Positions 10,785 through 20,976 of a stretch of DNA of 64,000 nt are shown here, one piece after another (position 1 is the stretch's first letter; each line of letters opens with the position of its first letter). The stretch is from an uncultured Acidobacteriota bacterium (GTDB lineage Bacteria > Acidobacteriota > Terriglobia > UBA7540): NCBI GenBank assembly GCA_963804995.1, contig CAWDSK010000003.1, forward strand, positions 192,001 to 256,000, in the 5' to 3' direction. The translations under genes and the position numbers were made by a program. Under the pieces are notes generated by a model. It ran no database searches. It worked only from the letters and a program-made list of their open reading frames with translations, and was not told the DNA's origin.

Positions 10785-11756
10785 ATGAACTCTCTCGATC
10801 GGCGTGATTTTATGAAGACCGTAGCAGGAACTGCCGCACTGGCGGCTGGCGAAGCTCGGGTGGGCGCGGCCGAAACATCCGGTCCGGTATTCCTATCCAC
10901 CTGGGCGCATGGCAAACCGGCGAATGAACGCGCCGCGGAAGTCTTCAAGGGCGGTGGCAGCCTGCTGGATGCGGTTGAGAAAGGCATCAACGTGCCGGAG
11001 AACGATCCCGCCGTAACCAGTGTCGGCTATGGTGGGCTGCCCAATGCCGAAGGGGTGGTCGAGCTCAACGCTGCCATCATGGACGGCGCGCGGCATCGTG
11101 CCGGCTCCGTGTGCAACCTGCACATGATCAAGAATCCCATTTCGGTGGCGCGCCTGGTAATGGAAAAGACTCGCCACACCACGCTGGCGGGTGAGGGAGC
11201 CTTTCGCTTCGCGCTGAAAATGGGGTTCGAGCCCCAAACCCTCCTCACACCCCAGAGCCTTGCGAAGTGGCAGGAATGGAAAGCCAATCCCAAGCACGAA
11301 ACCTTCTGGCTGACTCCGGAGAACCACGACACCATCGGGATGGTGGCGACGGATGGCAAGGGACACGTAGTCTCGGGCTGCTCGACTTCCGGCCTGGCGT
11401 GGAAAATTCCGGGCCGCGTGGGAGACTCACCGCTGGTGGGGTGCGGAGTTTGCGCCGATGATAACGTGGGCGCGGCTTCGGCCACGGGGGATGGCGATCT
11501 GATGACCAATTACTGCACCAGCATCTCGATTGTGCACACCATGGCGCGCGGGGCGTCACCGCAGGAAGCGTGTATGGAATTGCTGCGTCACATGGTCAAA
11601 ACGGATTCGCGGAATAAGGACGGCCAGGTGGGAGTGATCGCCATCAACACGCGCGGCGAGATCGGCGCAGCCTGCATGAATGACCTCTTCCACTTGAAAT
11701 ACGCGATCTGGCAAAACGGGGAGAGCCAGATAGTTGATTCCGTGAAGCTGATTTAG
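10785..11756 (+). CDS. N4-(beta-N-acetylglucosaminyl)-L-asparaginase (glycosylasparaginase), Tat-exported
   Basis: DRRDFMK Tat motif, SVGYGGLP, autocleavage HDTIG, STSG, PGRVGDSP, ATGDGD; AGGAG RBS before ATG 10785. Confidence 0.88.
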   Translation: MNSLDRRDFMKTVAGTAALAAGEARVGAAETSGPVFLSTWAHGKPANERAAEVFKGGGSLLDAVEKGINVPENDPAVTSVGYGGLPNAEGVVELNAAIMDGARHRAGSVCNLHMIKNPISVARLVMEKTRHTTLAGEGAFRFALKMGFEPQTLLTPQSLAKWQEWKANPKHETFWLTPENHDTIGMVATDGKGHVVSGCSTSGLAWKIPGRVGDSPLVGCGVCADDNVGAASATGDGDLMTNYCTSISIVHTMARGASPQEACMELLRHMVKTDSRNKDGQVGVIAINTRGEIGAACMNDLFHLKYAIWQNGESQIVDSVKLI

Positions 11757-11787
11757 TGATATAGCGGTTGTCGGAGGTTACACTGCT

Positions 11788-11957
11788 GACCCCCTCACCC
11801 GTCCCGCTCCGGCTGATGAAAACGCCGGCAGCGGTCCACCCTCTCCCCCAAAGGGGCGAGGGTTATAAGCTCCAATCAACCGCTCTCTCCTCTGCCTAAA
11901 TTCAAATTAAATCCCCCTCGGTCGACGTGGCGACAGAGGGGCCGGGGGTGAGGGGGT
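11788..11957. repeat. REP-like core family A
   Basis: Very similar to the 6093 and 47221 copies. Confidence 0.85.
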
Positions 11958-12074
11958 TGTAGTATCCAGCGCAGAAGCACCACTCGAGGGGGCTTTTTAC
12001 TTTTGCCTTTTGACTTTCCTTTGCGGCTCGGTCGGGTGCCAGGGGACGTTTCCAAGCACGTCTATCATCCCCCG

Positions 12075-12252
12075 ACTCCCCTCCTCAGATGAGGAGGGGT
12101 GGCGCTCAGAGCGCCGGGGTGGTGCTGAAATAGGTAATGCTGATCGCGGCGGCAAGCCGACCGGCAGATGGGATAACCACCCCGTCGCCTCAGGTGCCCG
12201 CGTAACCACCCCGTCGCCTACGGCGCCACCCCTCCTGAATCAGGAGGGGAGT
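12075..12252. repeat. REP-like family B inverted pair, overlapping the 3' end of the CPBP gene
   Basis: actcccctcctcagatgaggagggg...ccacccctcctgaatcaggaggggagt. Confidence 0.85.
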
Positions 12253-15200
12253 TACGGGGCATTGTCAATTCCGTGCCACCCGGAGTCCAGAACATCCACG
12301 CCAGCACCGCTGCGGACAACAAGGCCAGCACGGCGCCATTCCAGAGAAAGAAGCTGCTGGGTTGCGTGAATGACTTCACCAAAGGTTCCCCCACCTGGGC
12401 ACAGAAAATCACCAGCACATAGGCCAGGATGTTGTCGCGAAGGAAAAGTCCAACCCCGACAACCACAGCTACCAGGGGGAGAAAATTCTCCACCCACGCA
12501 GCAGCATAAGCGCCCACCGAGTGCGCCTGCGTAGGCCCGAGCGATACCAGCAGGAGCGCAATCCCCACCCACAGCCACCACGCCCGAAGCTTCCACCCCA
12601 GGCGGACCACGAGGATTGCTATTCCCACCAAAGCCGCGTAAATCAAGCTCCGGGCAAGAGCGGGGAGGAAGAACCCCAGAGCGGGCGATAGGGTGTTGAA
12701 AGTCGGAGGGAAAAAGTCGTAGTTGATGGGGGCATAGGCATGAAAGAAATTCGTCAGGAGGGCCTCCAGCCGCGCCAGCCCCGCGCCGGTGGCAACGGAC
12801 AGAATCCCCACAACTAAAGCGTCGCGGCGCCACACGCGGCGTGCCGGCCCACGCCAGAGCCCCCAGGCGGCGGGATAGAAGCTCGCGGCCAATCCCAGCA
12901 ACAGCCACGCAATCAAGCCCATCACCAGCGGTATCACGATCACGCTAACCCCGACCTGGACGTAAAAAAGGTTGAGCGGACTCAACGTGTCGTAGTTCTG
13001 GTCGAACATACTTATCTCATTCAAGGTTGACGCGAGAAACAGCATGGTGACCCCGACTCCAAACTTTGCCGAGCGTTTCCAGGGCATGCGTCCGGACCGC
13101 ACCTGGCTGACAAAGAGAATCAACCCGACCGCCACTAACGCGATGGCCATCAGGATGGACGCCCCTTTCAGCACGAAGTTGATAAGCCGGTTGCTCTGCC
13201 GTTCCCGCACCCATTCTTCCGGCAACTTAAAAAATCGCGAGAACCCCACCACCTGGTCACCGGCAATATTCACATCGAGTCGATAGTGGGCATCTCCGAC
13301 ATTGCGAGAATCGCCGGGCTTGGCCTGCCAAACCAGCGTGTAGTCTTCGCGGGCCTTGCGCTCTTGCGCCTCGGAATCTTGCAGGTCGAAGTCCTCCAAG
13401 CGGTATCCGTGCTCACGCACCGCCCCGGCGGCCAACTCAAGCGCCTGATCAGAGGTGAGTTTGGCGCCCGGCGCGTCCTCGGCGAGCATGTGGTGGTATC
13501 CAAAGACCTCGCCCGAACCCGGATCGACATAAACCAGGTACTCTTCCTTTTCGAGGGGGCGGAAATAGCGGACGTGCCACAAGGCAAGGCGGGTTGCCTG
13601 GCGGTAAATCTGGTCGGACCGCTCAAGGGATTTGCGCTCCGCAATGTATCGAAGGGCCTGCGGATCAATGTTCTCACTGACCCACACCACATGCCGGTAA
13701 GTAGCCGGATCAATCTGACGATGGCGCAAGAAATCGTCGGCGATGCTGAGCGCGTCGTGCGGAGATTCGCGCAGGAAACTTCCCTTCCCAAATTGATAAA
13801 CGGGGATGGATGCCAGGGCGGTGAAAATCAGCGTCAGAGCGCCTGCCAGCATGAGTCGCGACTTGCGAAGGGGTTCGTAGACGAGTGGCGCATCTACTAT
13901 TGCGGCCGGCTCCTCGTGGGGAGGTGCGGCGACCTTTCCTGCCCCATTCAGCAACGGACCCTCGTCCGAAAATGAGCCGGTTTTCAAGTACGCGCCGCAC
14001 GCCACGATCAGCGGGATGAGCATGATCCCCGCCGCCGCTGCGCCAGACAGCATCAGGTAATGATTGGGCGAGCAGATTAGAAGAAACGCGGTGTAGAGCG
14101 CATCCACTGAGTAGTGCCAGATCAGCGTGGCCAGGATTCCGAAACGCAGCATGATAACGCCAACAATGATGCCCCCCAAGCCCACCTCCAAGCCGCGGAT
14201 AAAGAAGGGTTGATTGGGATAGGCCGAGTGCAGGAATCCCCAGATGAAGGCCGACAGCACCACGGCCGCCGGCCCTGACTTCAGGAATCTCCGTAGCACG
14301 GGGATGGCAAAAGCGCGGAATTGTATTTCCTCGGAGACCGCCGGCATGAATCCCATGAAGAGAACCATGACCCACGGGAAGCGCGTATTGAGCAAATCCG
14401 AGAAGGGAACATCCGCAGGCGCCCAGGCTCCGAGTTTATCGGCGGCAAGATAGAACACGGTTTGATAAGCGAAGAAGAAGAACGTCATGGCGATTCCCAC
14501 CACGTTCGCGAGAAAGAAGGAACGGGTGCGAAGTCCCTGCCAACTGAAGTAACCACGAATGGAAAGGGCGCCCGGGTAGGCGTCGCGATAGACGGGCTCC
14601 GAACTGGCCAACAGGAGGAAGATGAGCGCGCCCAACCCCAGGGCGGAGAGCAGATTGTCCCGCACGTAGGTACTGACAAAGCTCGAATATGGATCCGTGG
14701 TGCGATAGCCGAATTCCGCCAGCGAAAAGGTATTCAACTGGCCGAGGAAATAGAGGATGGCGGCGACCAATCCGAACCCTATGGAAAGCCTGATGGGTAC
14801 GTCGCGCTTGCGCACGCGCTGGATGAGCAGCGCGAGGCCCACTATGCACAAGAGGATCCAGGGGACTTCATCCACAACCTGGGCGGCATTGTTGCGGGAA
14901 CGCAGCTTTTCGTAGTCGCGGGTCCACCCTTCGGGGATCTTGAGGAATTCCCGATAGCCCCCCACCTGGTCACCATCCACTTCCACTTCCAGGCGCCAAC
15001 TGCCCTCACCGAGTTCGATATTCTTTTGCTTCCAGGTGAAGGAATGATCGGTTCGCGCCTGGCGTTTTTCTATTTGGGTATCGACAAACTCCAACCCCGC
15101 CAGGTCACGCCGCATAACCTCCAAAAGAAACTTCTCTGCGATGGCACGAGCGGCTGCCGGTTCCAAATTCGCACCCGGCGCCGATTCCAGCACGTCATGG

Positions 15201-15595
15201 TCGAAGCCCACCACCTGTCCCGCGGGACTGACATCTACGCGGAATTCTTCTTTCTGTTGCGGCTTGAACCAGCGGTGCGACCAATGCCACAGTTGGATGG
15301 GACCCCGCGACAGGGTATCCATGCGCTCGAGGCCTTGCGTGCGCTCCAGATAGACCTTGGCGTTGTCGTCGTATTCAAACACCGCGGCATGCCGGTAGCC
15401 TTGAATATTCCAGGCGCGCTCCGCCAGGAATTTCAGGGCCAGCGGCGTAGAATCGTCGCGGTTCACACGAAACTCAATGGCGGCCTCAGGAAAGGCGTGG
15501 GAAAAGTACTTTACTCCAATGGCCAGTGAGATGGCCGCCACAGTAACCGCAATTGCGATGGTTCGGCGGTCGGTAGAAGATAAGGTCGTCGCCAT
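12218..15595 (-). CDS. large CPBP (type II CAAX/Abi) intramembrane metalloprotease with duplicated soluble domains
   Basis: EEIQFR, FIWGFLH and WHY motifs; many TM helices; GAGGAG RBS before MATTLSS. Confidence 0.8.
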   Translation of the reverse strand: MATTLSSTDRRTIAIAVTVAAISLAIGVKYFSHAFPEAAIEFRVNRDDSTPLALKFLAERAWNIQGYRHAAVFEYDDNAKVYLERTQGLERMDTLSRGPIQLWHWSHRWFKPQQKEEFRVDVSPAGQVVGFDHDVLESAPGANLEPAAARAIAEKFLLEVMRRDLAGLEFVDTQIEKRQARTDHSFTWKQKNIELGEGSWRLEVEVDGDQVGGYREFLKIPEGWTRDYEKLRSRNNAAQVVDEVPWILLCIVGLALLIQRVRKRDVPIRLSIGFGLVAAILYFLGQLNTFSLAEFGYRTTDPYSSFVSTYVRDNLLSALGLGALIFLLLASSEPVYRDAYPGALSIRGYFSWQGLRTRSFFLANVVGIAMTFFFFAYQTVFYLAADKLGAWAPADVPFSDLLNTRFPWVMVLFMGFMPAVSEEIQFRAFAIPVLRRFLKSGPAAVVLSAFIWGFLHSAYPNQPFFIRGLEVGLGGIIVGVIMLRFGILATLIWHYSVDALYTAFLLICSPNHYLMLSGAAAAGIMLIPLIVACGAYLKTGSFSDEGPLLNGAGKVAAPPHEEPAAIVDAPLVYEPLRKSRLMLAGALTLIFTALASIPVYQFGKGSFLRESPHDALSIADDFLRHRQIDPATYRHVVWVSENIDPQALRYIAERKSLERSDQIYRQATRLALWHVRYFRPLEKEEYLVYVDPGSGEVFGYHHMLAEDAPGAKLTSDQALELAAGAVREHGYRLEDFDLQDSEAQERKAREDYTLVWQAKPGDSRNVGDAHYRLDVNIAGDQVVGFSRFFKLPEEWVRERQSNRLINFVLKGASILMAIALVAVGLILFVSQVRSGRMPWKRSAKFGVGVTMLFLASTLNEISMFDQNYDTLSPLNLFYVQVGVSVIVIPLVMGLIAWLLLGLAASFYPAAWGLWRGPARRVWRRDALVVGILSVATGAGLARLEALLTNFFHAYAPINYDFFPPTFNTLSPALGFFLPALARSLIYAALVGIAILVVRLGWKLRAWWLWVGIALLLVSLGPTQAHSVGAYAAAWVENFLPLVAVVVGVGLFLRDNILAYVLVIFCAQVGEPLVKSFTQPSSFFLWNGAVLALLSAAVLAWMFWTPGGTELTMPRNSPPDSGGVAP

Positions 15596-15700
15596 AGGCT
15601 CCTCTGCTTTGCACTGCGAACGTCTTACAGGCATTCGATTCGAACCGCTGCAGGTTATTTAGCGCGGTCGGTCACCTCTAAGATAGAGGACCGCCCGGCT

Positions 15701-16144
15701 TCAAGACAGCTCTTTTACCATCACCCAGGCAGCAGTTCCATCGGAATAATAGCCCTCGATCTCACTTACTTTCTGGTAGCCCCGCGCTTTGTAGAAACGC
15801 TGCGCCGCACGATTATCCTCGGCGGTTTCAAGACCGATCAGGCGGAGCTCCTGCTCTCTCGCCCAGCCCTCCGCGGCATCCATCAGGAGCGAGCCCACCC
15901 GGCGGCGGCGCCAGGCTTCCACCACGTCGATCGTAACGATGTGCAGGATTTTGCGCGGCTCCCGATTGGCAATCAGAAAACCGGTGATCTCACCGCCTTC
16001 TTCCGCTATCCATGTCTGGGATTGCCGATGTCCGATGAAGCGCGCCAGTTCTGACCGCGAATAAGAAATCCCCGGGGCAAAACACGACTGATCGATCTTG
16101 TACAACTCTTCAAGGTCCGCGGGAAGGAAGGAGCGAAGGCGCAT
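15701..16144 (-). CDS. GNAT N-acetyltransferase (RimI-like)
   Basis: IDVVEAWRRRRVGSLL, NRAAQRFY, YYSDG. Confidence 0.88.
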   Translation of the reverse strand: MRLRSFLPADLEELYKIDQSCFAPGISYSRSELARFIGHRQSQTWIAEEGGEITGFLIANREPRKILHIVTIDVVEAWRRRRVGSLLMDAAEGWAREQELRLIGLETAEDNRAAQRFYKARGYQKVSEIEGYYSDGTAAWVMVKELS

Positions 16145-16390
16145 GGGCGGTCCAGGTTAGGTGCGTACAAACGTTTGCGGTGTTGGGAAAATAAGAATGG
16201 TTCAATCCTTTGGTTGCGGCTCCACCGCGCCGCGCTCGCCTCGAGACTCCGAGGTGGAACCAAAGTCCGTTGGCCTAAGAGCCGAGGCGGTAGATCTGCA
16301 AATCCAGCCGGGCGCGAGGTGAGGAGGTCGGGCGCGGCATCACCTGCTGTCCCACTCTAATTTTGCGGGCCCGCGGCGTGTTGTAAACAA

Positions 16391-16460
16391 GTGGGACTGT
16401 CCCACTTGTTACTCTCCGCGCGGCATAGCGCGCGAGGTCCCACCAACTTTCCCGCCCTCA
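16391..16460. repeat. 70-bp GTGGGAC-rich intergenic element, copy 1 (copy 2 at 60447-60517)
   Basis: Manual alignment: 1 indel and 5 substitutions between copies. Confidence 0.75.
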
Positions 16461-16517
16461 TGCGTTTTTTTCCTATGACATTTCACTAGCGGATTCGCCG
16501 CGCCAAGCAACACTGCC

Positions 16518-17660
16518 TCACTCTTCCCGCCCGCAGGCGATTTCCAACAGCCGGTCGATGTCAGCCTCGTCATTGTAGAGATAGGGCGAAACCCGGATCA
16601 TCCCCTGGCGCAAACTCACTCCGATGTGATGCGCGCGCAGCCTTGCGTGTAACCGTGCCGTCGCTTCGAGTGTCGAGGCATGGAAGCCGAGGATCGTCGA
16701 CTCATGGCCAGGCTGCGCCGCCTCAGATAGCGTATAGCCACAAGCCAGCAGTCCCTGGCCCAAGCGATCAAGAAGAGCGCGACAGTGCGCGTACACCGCC
16801 TTGGTCGTGACACCCTCCACATATTCCAGCGAGGCGTCCAGTCCGGAAAGATTAATGAAACTTCCAGTTTCACCCGAATCGAAAACCCGCGCGTCGTGAA
16901 TCAAGGTGAATTGGTCTTTAGGAAGCGAGTCGAAATTCTCCGCGCCTTCCACCGCGTACCAGTTGATGACCGCGAGATCCAGTTTGCCGATGAGATCACG
17001 CTGCACATAGGCAAACGCCGTCCCGTAGGGGCCCAGCAGCCACTTGTACGCGGCGCAGGCCATCACGTCCACAGGCACGGCATTGAGATCCAACTCGATT
17101 GCCCCCACACCCTGGGTGCCGTCCACCACAAAAATCCCACCGAAGTCGTGAATCAATTTTCCAAACGCAGTGAGGTCAATGCGATATCCGCTGGTATAAC
17201 CGACCCAATCGAGCGCCAGCACACGGGTCCGCTTAGTGACGACGGCCGCCATTTGTTCAATCGTCACTTCCCCGTCGGTGGGATTGACGACCTTCACGTC
17301 CACACCTTTCCGCCGTAGATGAAGCCAGGTGAAAAGGTTCGACGGAAAATTCGAGCTGGCCACGACTACTTCATCCCCCACGCCCAGCCCCATGCCGGCC
17401 GCCACTATTCCAATGCCCTGCGTGGCACTGGTCGTGACGGCGATTTCCGTGGGGTCCGAGCCTACCAGTCGTGCGATCCGGGTGCGCACGCTCTTCGGCA
17501 AACGAAAGTAATCCGACTTGTCCTGAAGGCTGGGATTGGATTTGAGTTCAATCGCCTGGCGAAACCGATCCGCCGCAACGAGCGGGCAGGGAGCCTGGTA
17601 GGCGCAGTTGAGATAAATAGTAGGCGAGAAATCTGAGAATTCGTGACGATAGCTACGCAT
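16518..17660 (-). CDS. class V PLP-dependent aminotransferase (cysteine desulfurase-like)
   Basis: YLNCA, VDGTQ, AYKWLLGPYG, RVSPYLYN. Confidence 0.88.
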   Translation of the reverse strand: MRSYRHEFSDFSPTIYLNCAYQAPCPLVAADRFRQAIELKSNPSLQDKSDYFRLPKSVRTRIARLVGSDPTEIAVTTSATQGIGIVAAGMGLGVGDEVVVASSNFPSNLFTWLHLRRKGVDVKVVNPTDGEVTIEQMAAVVTKRTRVLALDWVGYTSGYRIDLTAFGKLIHDFGGIFVVDGTQGVGAIELDLNAVPVDVMACAAYKWLLGPYGTAFAYVQRDLIGKLDLAVINWYAVEGAENFDSLPKDQFTLIHDARVFDSGETGSFINLSGLDASLEYVEGVTTKAVYAHCRALLDRLGQGLLACGYTLSEAAQPGHESTILGFHASTLEATARLHARLRAHHIGVSLRQGMIRVSPYLYNDEADIDRLLEIACGREE

Positions 17661-17777
17661 AAGCCAATCCAATCTACAGCCTGGAACCAACCCACACAAG
17701 CTCTTCCGGTTTTCCAACGAGTGCGGCAGCGACTGGTGGCCTTCGGAAACTGCCCCGCCTGATCAGGCAGGCTAATC

Positions 17778-18605
17778 TCACTTTCCAAACATCCGTGCCA
17801 GCAGGGATGTCTTGGGTTTTCCCTGAGCCTGGAGAGGGACTGCCGCGAGCAGGGGTTCCACTCTTTCCGGCGGCCAAGGCGCCCCTTGACGCTCCCAGGA
17901 GGCCACTTCCAGAAGCGAAGTCCAAAGCTCCAGGCAGTGCAGGCAGGACGTGCGGTGGGCCTCCGCCGGATCCTTGTCGTACCAGCTTGCCTGGCCATCC
18001 AGGATGCGGATGAGCAGCCGCAACGGTGCGCAATCTTTCTGCCCACCGACCCGAGCCGCGTGACTGATGCCAATCCAGGCGGAAGGCCAGAGGCAGCGGT
18101 CCCCGGTTCGATCCAATACTCGCGCGTAATGGGAGCGCAGGCGGCCAAGTCCCTCGCCCGCCACGGAAGGAGAGATTCTCAAGATCCTTTCGATCGTCCC
18201 CTGGGAATAACCGGCGAGCGCGAGAAAATCAATTTCCTGATGTACCAGGGGCAAGCCTTTGAGTATCTCGACGAGTATATCTGCTGTGGGCGCCGGCGGC
18301 TCAAGGGCATCATGGGAGGGCACCAGCTTAGTAGCCATCCAATCCATCAGGAACCCACGCAGGTTCACCAGGAACTCGCGCTTCGACTGGTGTGAGAAAC
18401 TCCGCAGAGGCGCGCATTGGTCTCTTGTCAGGGCGCGCAAAGCCTCCGGCCAGAACTCCAAGCACTGGTCAACGGTCCACGGCGAATAAGTCTCGAACAG
18501 CCTGAAAGCAATGGGCGAGTAATCAGCAAGCAAAGCTTGCCAGGCGTCACGGTTCCCTTCCTCGCACCCTGGAAGGATTCTGTGAAAGGTCATCAAATTG
18601 GACAT
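17778..18605 (-). CDS. degenerate ECF sigma-factor-like protein fused to a C-terminal zf-HC2 (ZAS) zinc finger
   Basis: sigma2-like GNRDAWQALLADY; sigma4-like LKGLPLVHQEI...GYSQGTIERILRIS; C...ILDGQ...EAHRTSCLHC. Confidence 0.55.
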   Translation of the reverse strand: MSNLMTFHRILPGCEEGNRDAWQALLADYSPIAFRLFETYSPWTVDQCLEFWPEALRALTRDQCAPLRSFSHQSKREFLVNLRGFLMDWMATKLVPSHDALEPPAPTADILVEILKGLPLVHQEIDFLALAGYSQGTIERILRISPSVAGEGLGRLRSHYARVLDRTGDRCLWPSAWIGISHAARVGGQKDCAPLRLLIRILDGQASWYDKDPAEAHRTSCLHCLELWTSLLEVASWERQGAPWPPERVEPLLAAVPLQAQGKPKTSLLARMFGK

Positions 18606-18695
18606 ATTGGATTTAAGCAGTCCTGCTGGGCAGGCCCGGCGCACACACGGCCTTTAAGAAACGTGGGGACAAGCGAACTATCGGGACCCAGTCGC

Positions 18696-19238
18696 TTACT
18701 TTCGCTGGGCCTCGCGAATGCTCTCCTCCAAGTGCTCAGACACCACGGCGGCCGTATCGTTAACCGCTTGATCCAGGGAAGGAGGATTGTAAGGCCGTTT
18801 GATTGAATCCTGCCACACCGAAGCGCCGGTGCGGTCGGAAATGAAAACCTCAGAATGCACCATCTTCAACCGGCGCGACTCCAGGCACGACCCCCGTACC
18901 GTGGCGTCAGCTTCCTTGGGTTTGGTAACGAGGTGAAACCGTCCCGATTTGCCGAGCGCTTCGACCAGCTTATCGTTTAGCGAGTTGTCAATCCTCTCAA
19001 TGTAAAGGGTGTGGATTCGCATTAATTTCCGCGCGTCAGTAACGGTCTGGGTTCGCGGTCCGCCTCCGCCTCCCAAACTCGGAGCCGGTGCAGGACCCAG
19101 CGTAGGACGCTCCTCCTGCCGGGGCTGCTGCGGTGGCGGTTGCTGTTCGGGTGAATTTTCCGGCTTTTGCTCTTGCTGTGCCCACACCGACAGTGCGGCG
19201 ACGAGACACATCGCCACCCACCAACCACTTCTTTTCAT
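18696..19238 (-). CDS. hypothetical exported protein with Pro/Gln-rich N-terminus
   Basis: Signal peptide MKRSGWWVAMCLVAALSVWA; GAGGT RBS. Confidence 0.7.
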   Translation of the reverse strand: MKRSGWWVAMCLVAALSVWAQQEQKPENSPEQQPPPQQPRQEERPTLGPAPAPSLGGGGGPRTQTVTDARKLMRIHTLYIERIDNSLNDKLVEALGKSGRFHLVTKPKEADATVRGSCLESRRLKMVHSEVFISDRTGASVWQDSIKRPYNPPSLDQAVNDTAAVVSEHLEESIREAQRK

Positions 19239-19294
19239 GGCGACCTCATTACGCAGAATCTCTGCGGATCAGGCCCAATCCAGCCGCGCGGCGC

Positions 19295-19624
19295 TTATTG
19301 ACTATTCAACCTTTGATTAGCCCGGAGCGACCGTTGGCGGTCTTTCAAATCCTGCATCGAGTCCCTCTGCGCCTCCCGCATGTTACGCTGTGTGCGTTCC
19401 ATTTGGTGTTTGGCCTGCACGCGTTGGGATTTAGGGACCCGCTGCCCATTCCAAGAACGCTTTACATTCTTCTGTTGGATCTTCAAAAGACCGCGCTCGC
19501 GTTTCTGCTGCGCCTTAAGCTGCTTTTGTTGCTCTCTCAGATTGGAGTTCTGGGCTCGGACGGTGCGGACCGCACTGAGACCCAAACTAAGCGTAATAAG
19601 CATCACAACCAGAAGGTTGCGCAT
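19295..19624 (-). CDS. small basic exported helical protein
   Basis: Signal peptide, Q/K/R-rich helix, GGAGG RBS. Confidence 0.65.
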   Translation of the reverse strand: MRNLLVVMLITLSLGLSAVRTVRAQNSNLREQQKQLKAQQKRERGLLKIQQKNVKRSWNGQRVPKSQRVQAKHQMERTQRNMREAQRDSMQDLKDRQRSLRANQRLNSQ

Positions 19625-19896
19625 CCTGCCTCCCTAGGCGCTTTGGTAACTGCTAGACGCGAACATGCCCTGTCCTGAGCTTACCGGCTGGAGTATCCCC
19701 TCTCCATCTGTATCTTAGCGAGATTATGCCCAGAGTACAACACCTTCCCTTGCTGGAGGGCGGCACTAAGGCGCCGGACGGTCCACGGTCGGGTTCCCAC
19801 ACGAAGCGCGTCTGGCAATGCCGTCCCTTCCCCCCGAGAAGCAATTTTCTCCACGCCTGCTCATCAAGAGATACCCTGTCCCCTTCAGGAGATATC

Positions 19897-20976
19897 CTAG
19901 CCAGCTTCCGACACGGCAGGACGGAAGAAAACGTAAAGCATCCAAATCACAGTGGCAATACCGGCAACCAGCAGCACGGCAAACAAAGCGAACACGCCCC
20001 ATTGGCCTTGCACGGGCAGGCGGTGAGGATCAAAGTAAGGCTGAAGATAGGCAATTCGCACCAAGTGCCGCATTACCGCCATCAGGCAGATCGTGGCGAT
20101 GATTGCGGTGGTCGAAGCCGTAAGGCTGCGGCGCGCAATCACCACGGCCAGAATCGCGAACACCACCGCCACCGCCAGCAATCCAGTCGCAAATGCGCTC
20201 GTACCCAGAAACTGCCCGCGCACGTTCGCAGGCAGACTGAGCAGAAACCAGATCCCGACCAGGAACTCGGTGCCCGTGCCGGCCTGAAACCAGCGCAATC
20301 CATAGCGATGCGCCCAGGCGGCTAATTCCGGTGCTTCTTTCCTCCAAAGGCGCGAAACGAGCGCCACACCCAATCCCGCCACGGCCAGTGAAGCCACCAC
20401 AAAATGCAGCAGGCGCGCCACGCCTGAACTGGTCAACGGGCCCAGAATGCCGCCTACGTTGCCGCTCAGGAACTGCTTGTAGAAATCCTGAGGGTGCAGC
20501 ATGGCAGTCAGGTTTTTGGAGAAGAAGAGTGCCACATGCACGAAGATGACGCTGGTGGCCAGCATGACCCACGGCGCGCGCCGGCCCAATTCCTGCTGCT
20601 GCAGGTTGAACCAATATACGCCGTAGTATCCGAGCATCACCAGGAAGACGATGGCCAGCCAGAACCAGGCCATCATCACCGAAGAGGTGTAGAAAAGCTG
20701 GCCATACACAACTTGCAGGAAGAGCAACGGCGCTACGCCGAGCGTAATGGCAAATGCCACCACGGGCGGCAAAGCCTGCGCAACGCGGCGGGAAAATTCA
20801 CGGTGTTTGCTGTCCTTCAGGCCGAGAAAGCTTGAAACGGTTGCCATCACTACTCCACCCAGCAGAAAGTTCATGGGCAGCAGATGAAGGATAAAGGTGA
20901 ATACGAGTAGAAACTCGAGCAACCACACGGGCGCGGGCAACGGCACGGGAACCGGCGCAGGGATTACGGGGATCAT
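19897..20976 (-). CDS. cytochrome bd subunit I paralog, partner membrane subunit
   Basis: FILHLLPMN, GVAPLLFLQVVYG, RLLHF; multi-TM; ATGA-coupled to the upstream gene. Confidence 0.65.
   Translation of the reverse strand: MIPVIPAPVPVPLPAPVWLLEFLLVFTFILHLLPMNFLLGGVVMATVSSFLGLKDSKHREFSRRVAQALPPVVAFAITLGVAPLLFLQVVYGQLFYTSSVMMAWFWLAIVFLVMLGYYGVYWFNLQQQELGRRAPWVMLATSVIFVHVALFFSKNLTAMLHPQDFYKQFLSGNVGGILGPLTSSGVARLLHFVVASLAVAGLGVALVSRLWRKEAPELAAWAHRYGLRWFQAGTGTEFLVGIWFLLSLPANVRGQFLGTSAFATGLLAVAVVFAILAVVIARRSLTASTTAIIATICLMAVMRHLVRIAYLQPYFDPHRLPVQGQWGVFALFAVLLVAGIATVIWMLYVFFRPAVSEAG

Noticed and set aside
16266..16320. tRNA-Cys-like fragment (TGGCCTAAG...AGGC...CTGCAAA)
   Set aside because: No T-arm GTTCGA, poor anticodon stem and no acceptor pairing.
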